From assembly GCA_000004985.1 (NCBI GenBank), contig GG738847.1: a stretch of DNA of 64,000 bases; one strand, written 5' to 3'. A program made the position numbers and the translations under genes. This document shows positions 56,116 to 64,000 of this stretch, one piece after another. The DNA comes from Naegleria gruberi (taxonomy: Eukaryota). A model generated the notes under the pieces. It was not told the DNA's origin. It worked only from the letters and a program-made list of their open reading frames with translations, and did not search any database. How positions within the stretch are numbered: position 1 is the stretch's first letter; the number at the start of each line of letters is the position of its first letter.

Positions 56116-57255
56116 TTACTTTTGACCAACTTGTTCAGCAACTTCTTCAGCGAAAGATTTCTTTGCTTGGTAAGCCATACCTTCACCAACCTTCATTCTA
56201 ATAAAATCAACAACTTCAATACCTTCTTCTTTCAAAAATTGTTGAACTGACATCTTTTGATCTAAAACCCAAGGTTGAAGCAACAAGACATGGTCAGCAA
56301 GGAATTGCTTATTCAATTGACCTTCAATCATCATATTCAAAATGTTTTGTGGTTTTGGCTTATATTCCTTACCAGCTTCTTCAGCCTTCTTCTTTTCTTC
56401 CATATTTTGTTCCTCGAGTCTCTTGATTAATAATTCACGTTCATGAGACAAAACTTCAGCTGGAACTTGATCCTTTGTTAAATAATTTGGACCCATACCA
56501 CAAATGTGCATGGCAATTTGTCTACCAGCAGATTGTAATTGTTCAGCAGTCTTGGTTGAATTTGGAGCAGCTTTAACAATGACAAAAGCACCAACACCAC
56601 CAATCTTTGAGGTCTTACTATTATGAAGATATCCAACTAATTGAGATGAGGAATCGATATTATTAATGAATTTAACTCTTCTGGCCTTTACATTTTCACG
56701 TAAAACAGCAACAAGTTCAGTGAATTTTTGTTTGATTGAAACTCCATTTTCAAAAAGTGCTGAATTTTCAGCAACTTGTTGATTGAATGATTGTTCATCT
56801 TGTTCAACTGAATATTCATTCTTTTCAAACTTTGATTTTACCAAAACATCCAAACATTCGTCAACAACACCCTTGAAAACATCCGAGTTAATAACAAAGT
56901 CAGTTTCACTGTTAACTTCAAAGAGAACACCTCTTTCATTACCATTTTGTTGAATACCAATAATACCTTCTTGTGTAGATCTTGCTGATTTCTTAGCAGC
57001 TGTTTGAAGACCTTTTTGTCTGAGCCATTCCTTAGCCTTTTTAATATCATTATCACTTTCTTCGAGGGCTTTTCTAACTTGTCCTAAAGGAGCATCAGTT
57101 TCGGCTCTCAATTGTTTGATAAGTTCCGTTGGTGGAGCTCTCAAGAAATTAGTACAAGTAAACATGGATCTAGTAGTGGTAACACCATTACAAATCATCA
57201 TATTTTGCTTGCCACACAAGACTGAAGGAACTCTGCTGCAGATACGTTTCATCAT
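56116..57255 (-). CDS. TSFM: Elongation factor Ts, mitochondrial.
   Basis: Presequence-like N-terminus; EF-Ts N-terminal UBA-like motif ...LIKQLRAETDAPLGQVRKALEESDNDIKKAKEWLRQKG...; then the duplicated EF-Ts core. Confidence 0.9.
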   Translation of the reverse strand: MMKRICSRVPSVLCGKQNMMICNGVTTTRSMFTCTNFLRAPPTELIKQLRAETDAPLGQVRKALEESDNDIKKAKEWLRQKGLQTAAKKSARSTQEGIIGIQQNGNERGVLFEVNSETDFVINSDVFKGVVDECLDVLVKSKFEKNEYSVEQDEQSFNQQVAENSALFENGVSIKQKFTELVAVLRENVKARRVKFINNIDSSSQLVGYLHNSKTSKIGGVGAFVIVKAAPNSTKTAEQLQSAGRQIAMHICGMGPNYLTKDQVPAEVLSHERELLIKRLEEQNMEEKKKAEEAGKEYKPKPQNILNMMIEGQLNKQFLADHVLLLQPWVLDQKMSVQQFLKEEGIEVVDFIRMKVGEGMAYQAKKSFAEEVAEQVGQK

Positions 57256-57480
57256 TTTTTTTCAAATTTTATTTAATTTCTCAATTTTTCAATTCAATCA
57301 ATTTTTTCCATTTTCTTTGCTTTTGGTCATTAAACACTTCGGGATAGGGAGTTTTGAATTTGTTGTTACGAGTTGTAGAATTGAATCATAGTACATTCAT
57401 CACTTATAAAATAGCAAGTTATTGTAGTTAGTGTAATATGTTTTCATATTCAATCATAATATTATCACAATCACAAATAA

Positions 57481-57768
57481 TTAATTATCGGAAGAGGGTG
57501 ATGTTTGCTTCTTTTTAAAGTAAGCTACGGAACGATCGACCATAAAGTCTAATCCAACGAAAATAGAGGCAGCCAATGCTAGATTCTTTCCGAGATGAGA
57601 CATTTTAATGTTGGAGAGTGAATAGTTTCCAGTGGCTTGCTTTGATTGAAATAGAGTCAAGATACCACCAACTGCAAGACCTTGTTGGGCACTATAAACG
57701 TATGGATGCCTTTTGGAGAATGGCAAATTCTCTACAGATTCCGTTGTGGTGTTATTACTTTCAGACAT
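57481..57768 (-). CDS. Small (95 aa) protein with two predicted TM helices. Possibly a mitochondrial inner-membrane small protein; unassigned.
   Basis: Hydrophobic segments LAVGGILTLF and LALAASIFVGLDFMV. Lies within a cluster of mitochondrial genes. Confidence 0.35.
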   Translation of the reverse strand: MSESNNTTTESVENLPFSKRHPYVYSAQQGLAVGGILTLFQSKQATGNYSLSNIKMSHLGKNLALAASIFVGLDFMVDRSVAYFKKKQTSPSSDN

Positions 57769-57819
57769 TTTTTAGTAAATTATTAAAAATTGTAAAATAT
57801 TGATTAAACACTGATTGGT

Positions 57820-58890
57820 TTAATTGAATTTTTGAAGTGGAGTTGGAGCACTATAATAATGAGAGAACCACTTATTGAGTGCATCTTGGGCTGCTTTTTG
57901 TTCAGCAATCTTTTTAGTTTGTCCAGTTCCTTCTCCAATGACATCATTATCAACATAGACATGAACTGTGACAAATCTCTTTTCGTCTTTGGAAACTTCC
58001 TTGTATTGTACTGTTTTATGAGCATGTTCATGCATTTCACCAGTTCGTACCATCTGAGCTAATTGAGTTTTTGGATCAAAATATTGTAACATGGCTGTAA
58101 TATCAATACTCTGAGCAATGAGATTCCTCACAATGAATTTTCTAGCTTCCATCAATCCATGTTGTTCAAAGAGTGCTCCAACCATTCTATAAATTGAAAA
58201 TACTAAAAGTGAATCCAAATTATTTCTTTCAATATTCAATCCACTTCCTGTAACTTCTGAATCAATTGGAGGATTATCCAAATCACTATCATCTCTATTA
58301 TTCAAATTATTTGATGAAGCAACCAAAGTCAGTGAGGATGACAATAAACCATCCAATTTTAAACTCTTTGCCACTTGAACAATGGTTCTATTCTTTAAAA
58401 ACTCTAAAGTGGCCATCACAAGATGATCATGAGTGAGATTAGGAAAGTGAGCAAACAAGTAATCAGCTACACACAATGCAGTTACATTTCTTCCAACAAA
58501 ATTCAATCGAGAACCTTCCGATGACAAACCTCTTGTTTGAACAATGGAAGTGAGAAGAGTTTTATCATCAAGAGGGAGTGGAATTTCATTTTCAATACAC
58601 AACTTTTTAAAAGACTCTACAATAATTGCTGTTTTTTCATCGAGTATTCTTTGTTCTTGTCTCTTATTATTATTTGTCAAATTGGTATGATAACAACATG
58701 TTGTTAATCCCGATAAAGCTGGGAAATGTTCACAGTGATGATACTGATGATGATGATTTGTTGTTGAATTATTGAAATTAACTCTGGAGAATATTACATT
58801 TCTTGAGGATGTTGTGGTAGAAGATAAAATTCTTCTCATCATGAGTTTGCAAGTTGTTGAAGTTTTCATTATTTTTATTCTTTGTTTCAA
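57820..58890 (-). CDS. RNase III-like domain plus dsRBD protein with a mitochondrial presequence. MRPL44-like mitoribosomal protein or mitochondrial RNase III.
   Basis: N-terminus MKTSTTCKLMMRRILSSTTTSSRNVIF. Degenerate RNase III signature region ...GSRLNFVGRNVTALCVADYLF.... C-terminal dsRBD ...FVTVHVYVDNDVIGEGTGQTKKIAEQKAAQDALNKWF. Confidence 0.65.
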   Translation of the reverse strand: MKQRIKIMKTSTTCKLMMRRILSSTTTSSRNVIFSRVNFNNSTTNHHHQYHHCEHFPALSGLTTCCYHTNLTNNNKRQEQRILDEKTAIIVESFKKLCIENEIPLPLDDKTLLTSIVQTRGLSSEGSRLNFVGRNVTALCVADYLFAHFPNLTHDHLVMATLEFLKNRTIVQVAKSLKLDGLLSSSLTLVASSNNLNNRDDSDLDNPPIDSEVTGSGLNIERNNLDSLLVFSIYRMVGALFEQHGLMEARKFIVRNLIAQSIDITAMLQYFDPKTQLAQMVRTGEMHEHAHKTVQYKEVSKDEKRFVTVHVYVDNDVIGEGTGQTKKIAEQKAAQDALNKWFSHYYSAPTPLQKFN

Positions 58891-59039
58891 TCAAATTAAA
58901 ACTCTCACAACAATCATCTCTTTGAATACTTTCAAATTTTGAATATTAATATTTTGTTAATGGAAATTCTTGTTCTTGTTTACTTGATGGATTCACATGA
59001 GCTGTGGATTACAAAGCCATTATCGTTCATTAAATCTTC

Positions 59040-61027
59040 ATGTACGATAGATTTGAAAAAAACATGTCAACTATACAAACCGAAGATCAATCGATCCTTG
59101 CTAAATTCTTGACTTGGTTTTCATCAGCATCCTCTGGAGATGACAACAGTACTAGTATTGCAACTAATTGGATCAAAGTTGGTGAAAGATCTCTATTGAT
59201 CTTTCTACTTGCAAATTTCATCCTAAAGACATTCACGAACAGGAAGGAAAATGATCAATCTCTCTTCAAGTCAATTACAATGTCTTTGGCTAATTCAAAG
59301 GTGGGACAAAAACTAATTGGTAGTGAAATTGAGAAGGAGGTAAAGAAGAGTGTTTCCGAAATGTTTAAAACTAAAGCTCCATCTCAACGATTGACCTTTC
59401 CTGGGAAGGCCAGTTCTCAAGCCGAGATTGAACAATATTTACAATCACTGAAAGAATTGGATGCCAAAACAAAGGAAGGAAAAGTCTTTGCTTTTGTCTA
59501 TCATTTATCGGAGGGTCATGATGAATTTGTTACAAAGATGCACAACATGTTTATTGTGAGTTTTCTTTCTCATTATTTCAATATAATTTTGATTCATTAT
59601 TGCTACAATAGAATACTAATTGTCTATCACCAATGGCATTCCAATCTTTGAGACAAATGGAAATTGAATTGGTTGAGATGACCTCTGATCTTTTTCATGG
59701 ACATGATGAATGTAAGGAAAATGAAATACTTCCTCATTCATTTCACAGAGATTTTCTCCATAAGGATGTAGTTGGATCAGTGTCGAGTGGTGGAACAGAA
59801 TCTCTCTTGTTAATGCTCAAGGCCTATCGTGACTTTTTCACAAACTATCACGAAGAGTACAAGAAGATAATGTCTGAAAAGTATCCTGAAAAGAAGGATG
59901 AAATTAACAATTTTCAAGGTCCTTTCGAAGTGATTGTTTGTACCAGTGTCCATCCAGCTGTCAATAAGGGAGCTCATTATTTTGGATTGAAACTTGTTGA
60001 GGTTGAGGTGGATAGAACAACATTTACCATGCATCCAGAATCTGTTGAAAAGGCTTTCAATCCTGGAAAGACAATTCTCGTAATTGCATCATGTCCTAGT
60101 TATCCTCATGGTATTCTTGATCCTATTGAGCAATTGTCCAAGTTGTGTGTTAAATTGGGACCTATTGGATTGCATGTAGATAGTTGTATTGGAGGATATG
60201 TAGTTCCATTCATTAATGAGGCAGTCAACCAAGATGTTCTTCCACCATTCGATTTTAGATTATTGGGAGTTACCAGTATTTCAGCTGATTTACACAAATA
60301 TGGATACTCTTGTAAGGGATCTAGTGTTATCATGTATAGAAATCCAATGATTAGAAAGCAGCAATTCTTTGCCTATGGTGAGTGGAGTGGAGGTCTCTAT
60401 ATCAGTCCAACAATTATGGGAAGTAAAGGAGGTGGTCCTATCGCCTCTTCATATGCAAGGTAAGTTGAATCCATAAGATTGTAAAACTAATTGTCTAAAA
60501 TTCACAGCTTGAAATTGGTTGGACGTGAAGGATTTGTCAAAGTGACAAGAGAAATGCTCAATACTAGGAAGTACATTCAGAATGCAATTGAAACAGATGA
60601 GGTATTATCAAAGTATTTGCAAGTTGTTGGTTCTCCATGTTCTACCATTATTGCCTTCTCCTCAAAGGAAACTCTTTCAAATTTTAGAAATTCACTCACA
60701 AAAGAAGAGAAATATGAACCAATCAACATTTTTGCCATTTCAGATAGAATGGAGAAGGAATATGGATGGGATTTACAACGTCAAACTAGACCAGACTCGC
60801 TCCATATGACCATCATGCCTCAACACATTGGTTTAGAACAGAAACTTGTTGAAAACTTGAGGGAGTGTGTTTCATATGTTTCAGAACATGGTACGGATTA
60901 CGATGGAAAGGACAGTGTTGCAATGTACGGTATGATTGCCAATGTAAAGAATCTTTTGAGTGGAGGTGTTGTTGAATTGTTCCTTAAAACATTCCTTGAC
61001 GAAGTTTATAGAATAAGATACAAGTAA
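59040..61027 (+). CDS. SGPL1: Sphingosine-1-phosphate lyase (PLP-dependent). Three exons: 59040-59556, about 59610-60460 and about 60507-61027.
   Basis: Intron 1 runs from GTGAGT to CAATAG; intron 2 from AG|GTAAGT to TTCACAG. Exon 2 reads NTNCLSPMAFQSLRQMEIELV...SSGGTESLLLMLKAYRDF...HPAVNKGAHYFGL...GLHVDSCIGGYVVPF...FDFRLLGVTSISADLHKYGYSCKGSSVIMY...GGLYISPTIMGSKGGG, co-linear with human SGPL1. Confidence 0.85.
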
Positions 61028-61184
61028 TATGAAATGGAACCACTCATTAAATGACACTAAATACTATATTGATAAGTTTGTGGGCCCAATTGCTGAATTG
61101 TTGTTAAATTTGTTCTTTGTGGTGATGGGCTATGTGGTTTATTTTACCGCCAAAATACTTTACTGAAAAAACAACTACAAAAAA

Positions 61185-64000
61185 ATGAGCTCAAACCAAT
61201 TAACGGACGAACAGCTCGAAGCACAACAAGAGCAAAAGGAAATGAAGGAGATTGAAAATCAACTTTCCAAACAACAAGTTGCAGAAAAATTATACGAGAA
61301 TATTTGTACTCTCGATCATTCGTTCGGATTTGAGAGTCTTAAAAGAAATAATATTCAGTATTTGAAGGAAAATATTGTTATAACAAGTGTTGGTAACACC
61401 ATACAATTTATTGATATTGCGGAATCAAGATATAGATGGATTAATGTACCCGGTCATGGAGGTATTGGAGCTTTAGCCCTCCATCCTTCGAAAAAGTGGG
61501 TTGCTATCGGAGAAAAGAGTAGAGAAAAACCAAATGTATATATTTATGAAATAACAATAGAGTCAGATATTGAGAGTATCTCATTAAAGCCAATTAAAAC
61601 ATTAAAAAATGGTACTTTGAGAGCTTTCTCTTCGATGGCATTCAATTCTAAGGGAAACAGATTGGCTACAGTCGGATCATCTCCCGATTATTTACTCACT
61701 ATTTGGAATTGGGAACAGGAAAAAATAGCGCTCAGATATAAGGCCTTTGGTCAGGATGTTTATTCTGTTTCATTTTCAGCAACAAGTGAAGGACAGCTTA
61801 CCACAAGTGGTACAGGGCACATCAAATTTTGGAAAATGGCAAAAACATTTACTGGATTAAAGCTGAAGGGTCAGATTGGTAAATTTGGTAAAATTGATAT
61901 ATCTGATATTTCCAGTTGTGTTGAGCTTCCTGATGGTAAGGTATTGTCTGGCTGTGAGGACGGTTACCTGCTGCTTTGGGATGAGAACCTTATCAAATGT
62001 TTGCTCACTAATATGGGTGAAAAATGTCACGAAAAAGGAATTGAAGTTGTAATTTACGATGAAAAAGAGAGTGTTTTTATTACAGGAGGTAATGATGGTT
62101 ATGTCAGATTTTGGGACTTTAACATGATCGATTCTGCAGAACCAATAGATACAAATAACATAATCTCTATCAGACCAAAAAGACAAATATTTATTGGGGA
62201 GGATGTGAGGGTTATTTCATTAATTAGAGAAAATGATATTTGGATTATTCAAGATGCTAATGGAGGATTTTGGAAATATCCATATCTTGAACTTGATGCT
62301 CAGGCCATTAAAATATTTAGTTTCCATTCAGGTGCAGTTGGAGGAATGCTTACATCTCCCACTGATCACGTTGCAATTACTGGAGGTGAGGATGGAACAT
62401 TGAGATTGTTTGATTATTTCTGGGCAAAAAAGGAAGTATACTCTACAAAATTTCAAAGTGGTGTTTCTAAAATGGTTTGGAACCCTTCTTTCCTAGATCA
62501 AACAGGAACTGTATTCACTGCAGGTTTTTTAGATGGTTCAGTAAGAGTACTCAGGAGATGTGAAGATTCATTTGCTTTGGTCAGTGTTTTCAAGCCTCAT
62601 AAGACTAAGGTAAATGATTTTGCCTATTCTAAGGAGGACCATTTATTTGTAAGTTGTGGAGATGATAGCACGGTATTCTTTTTTGATTATACAAAGCAAT
62701 TCTCTCCAATTGGTTATGCTAAATTTACACAACCAATCAATAGTTTAATGTTTTCTCCTGATAACACTGATTTAATTTTGTTTGCTCAAGATGGCTCAAT
62801 TTTGCGAATGGAAAAACCTGACTCCTCTCAGATTGATACCTTAAAAACCTTCGAATTCAAACCAATTACAAAGAAGATAAACTATTCACAATACATCAAA
62901 AAGGAGGCTCCTCCTAAGAAGGTCAAAAACGATGATGACAGCGATGACGAAGAGGAAATTAAGGAAGAAGTCAGTGAGGAGCAACCAAGTGAAATAGTTT
63001 GGGCAAAGATTTCAAAAGCTGGAAATTTAATTATCAGTTTCGAAAGAGGAGAGGGAATTGTAGAATATGACTCGAGTATTTTAACTACCCGTTCTTCAAA
63101 TGAAATGATTTATCCAAAGCGATATATTTGCGACTACAAATCTGTTTGTACCAGTTTAACATACAGCACAGATGAGAAGTACTTTATCTGTGGTTTTAGA
63201 GATGGTTTTGTTTTGTTTATACAGCGAGAAACAATGAAAGAGTTTAGAGGGGAATACTTGCATGATTGTATATTTGGAGAAATAGTGAGTGCCATGACAA
63301 GTTTTGATTCTAGCTTCTTGCTCACTGTTGGTAGGGAAGGTTGTTTCTTCAGTCAAAGAGTTCCACAGTACGAAACAAAGCAAGGAGAAAAACCAAACTT
63401 GACTTTTGTAGCAGAGGAAAAGGTTGTTGATGATTTATCACCAGGTCAAGCTGTCAGTATTGAAGAAGCAAGGGAGCAAGAAGAACAAAACAAAAAGCAA
63501 GCAGCAGCAGAAAAACGAAAAGAAGAGAAAAAGAAGAAGATTCAAATGATTAAGGCCAAGTATATGGAAATTGTAAAAGAAAACGAGAAGAGAGAATCAG
63601 ACATCAAATTATCGAGAGAAGAACTTCAAGTTGACACAAATTTGAAAGAAAGAGTTTTAGCAAGTAATATGAAAAAGCTTGATGAAACCAGACAAGAAAT
63701 GGATTGGAACTCTGCCAAGCATGATGTAGCTCTGAAAAAACTAAAAGACCATTTCATCGACTGCTTAGATGTTGAGAGAATAGACCTGAAGGCCTTCAGA
63801 AGCGGAAAATCTGTAACCTCTTTTAAAACAAGAAAATTGGACGAGGAGCTGAAAAAGGAAATCGAAAAAGTTCACAAGCTCATTAATGAAGAAATTGGAA
63901 GAAAAAGAGCATGGAAAACAATTGGTGATGATTCAATTTCTGCTGTAGAAATCAAAGAAAACAGCACGCCATCAGTTCATTCTTCAAACAATAGAAGAAG
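61185..64000 (+). CDS. Cilia/flagella-associated WD40 plus coiled-coil protein (CFAP43/44/57 family-like). The 5' part only; the gene continues beyond the window.
   Basis: Open frame from ATG 61185 to the window end without a stop. Multiple WD repeats (...GYLLLWDEN..., ...GYVRFWDFN..., ...GTLRLFDYF..., ...GSVRVLRRC...). From about 63420 the sequence switches to K/E-rich coiled coil (...EEAREQEEQNKKQAAAEKRKEEKKKKIQMIKAKYMEIVKENE...). Confidence 0.7.
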   Translation, partial: MSSNQLTDEQLEAQQEQKEMKEIENQLSKQQVAEKLYENICTLDHSFGFESLKRNNIQYLKENIVITSVGNTIQFIDIAESRYRWINVPGHGGIGALALHPSKKWVAIGEKSREKPNVYIYEITIESDIESISLKPIKTLKNGTLRAFSSMAFNSKGNRLATVGSSPDYLLTIWNWEQEKIALRYKAFGQDVYSVSFSATSEGQLTTSGTGHIKFWKMAKTFTGLKLKGQIGKFGKIDISDISSCVELPDGKVLSGCEDGYLLLWDENLIKCLLTNMGEKCHEKGIEVVIYDEKESVFITGGNDGYVRFWDFNMIDSAEPIDTNNIISIRPKRQIFIGEDVRVISLIRENDIWIIQDANGGFWKYPYLELDAQAIKIFSFHSGAVGGMLTSPTDHVAITGGEDGTLRLFDYFWAKKEVYSTKFQSGVSKMVWNPSFLDQTGTVFTAGFLDGSVRVLRRCEDSFALVSVFKPHKTKVNDFAYSKEDHLFVSCGDDSTVFFFDYTKQFSPIGYAKFTQPINSLMFSPDNTDLILFAQDGSILRMEKPDSSQIDTLKTFEFKPITKKINYSQYIKKEAPPKKVKNDDDSDDEEEIKEEVSEEQPSEIVWAKISKAGNLIISFERGEGIVEYDSSILTTRSSNEMIYPKRYICDYKSVCTSLTYSTDEKYFICGFRDGFVLFIQRETMKEFRGEYLHDCIFGEIVSAMTSFDSSFLLTVGREGCFFSQRVPQYETKQGEKPNLTFVAEEKVVDDLSPGQAVSIEEAREQEEQNKKQAAAEKRKEEKKKKIQMIKAKYMEIVKENEKRESDIKLSREELQVDTNLKERVLASNMKKLDETRQEMDWNSAKHDVALKKLKDHFIDCLDVERIDLKAFRSGKSVTSFKTRKLDEELKKEIEKVHKLINEEIGRKRAWKTIGDDSISAVEIKENSTPSVHSSNNRR

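Noticed and set aside
57481-57768. The possibility that the small two-TM ORF is a GspG-type pseudopilin completing the T2SS set
   Set aside because: Pseudopilins have a single N-terminal hydrophobic helix with a conserved G/F-T/L-E prepilin-type motif. This ORF has two separated hydrophobic segments and no such motif. The other small hydrophobic ORFs in the window also lack it.
1-64000. Prokaryotic-style features (promoters, RBS, rho-independent terminators, operons, mobile elements, CRISPR)
   Set aside because: The window is eukaryotic nuclear DNA: spliceosomal introns, a nuclear tRNA, and monocistronic genes on both strands. I saw no transposon ends, integrase or transposase ORFs, or long terminal or inverted repeats. 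Promoter or polyadenylation signals cannot be called reliably from sequence alone in such AT-rich DNA.

Overview
This window is eukaryotic nuclear DNA, not prokaryotic. It is AT-rich and gene-dense on both strands. Genes carry very short spliceosomal introns of about 40-66 nt, with GTAAGT/GTATGT donors and (T)AG acceptors. Stops follow the standard code, and there is one nuclear-type tRNA-Arg(UCU). I infer about 33 protein-coding genes and reconstructed several multi-exon models by hand. The six-frame track splits these models or reads through in-frame introns.

Recognisable products include:
- U4/U6 snRNP Prp4
- condensin subunit 1 (Cnd1/NCAPD2)
- EMC2
- two tandem Slo/BK-type K+ channel paralogs
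- an NME5-like NDK with a DPY-30 motif
- a BBS/CCT-type chaperonin-like protein
- sulfite oxidase
- serine palmitoyltransferase LCB2
- mitochondrial EF-Ts
- an MRPL44-like RNase III/dsRBD protein
- sphingosine-1-phosphate lyase
- a CFAP-type WD40 plus coiled-coil protein (truncated at the window end)
- a VWA protein
- a J-domain membrane protein
- a secreted double cystatin
- an NBAS-like gene of roughly 2,200 aa

The ciliary gene set, the Q/N- and K/E-rich low-complexity proteins and the intron style suggest a flagellated AT-rich protist, perhaps a heterolobosean such as Naegleria. This is inference only.

The most notable gene is a nuclear-encoded homolog of bacterial type II secretion / type IV pilus platform protein GspF (PilC/TadB family). 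It has two T2SSF-like domains, three TM helices, and an N-terminal extension that may be a mitochondrial presequence. This is a component of the rare mitochondrial T2SS-derived system reported in a few eukaryotic lineages. No GspD/E/G partner is visible in this window.

Other points worth a second look:
- a divergent pair of paralogous P-loop NTPase genes beside an LRR gene, one copy disrupted near its Walker A motif
- a tandem BK-channel duplication with differing intron content
- a protein with a periodic (S/T)F(K/R)P motif
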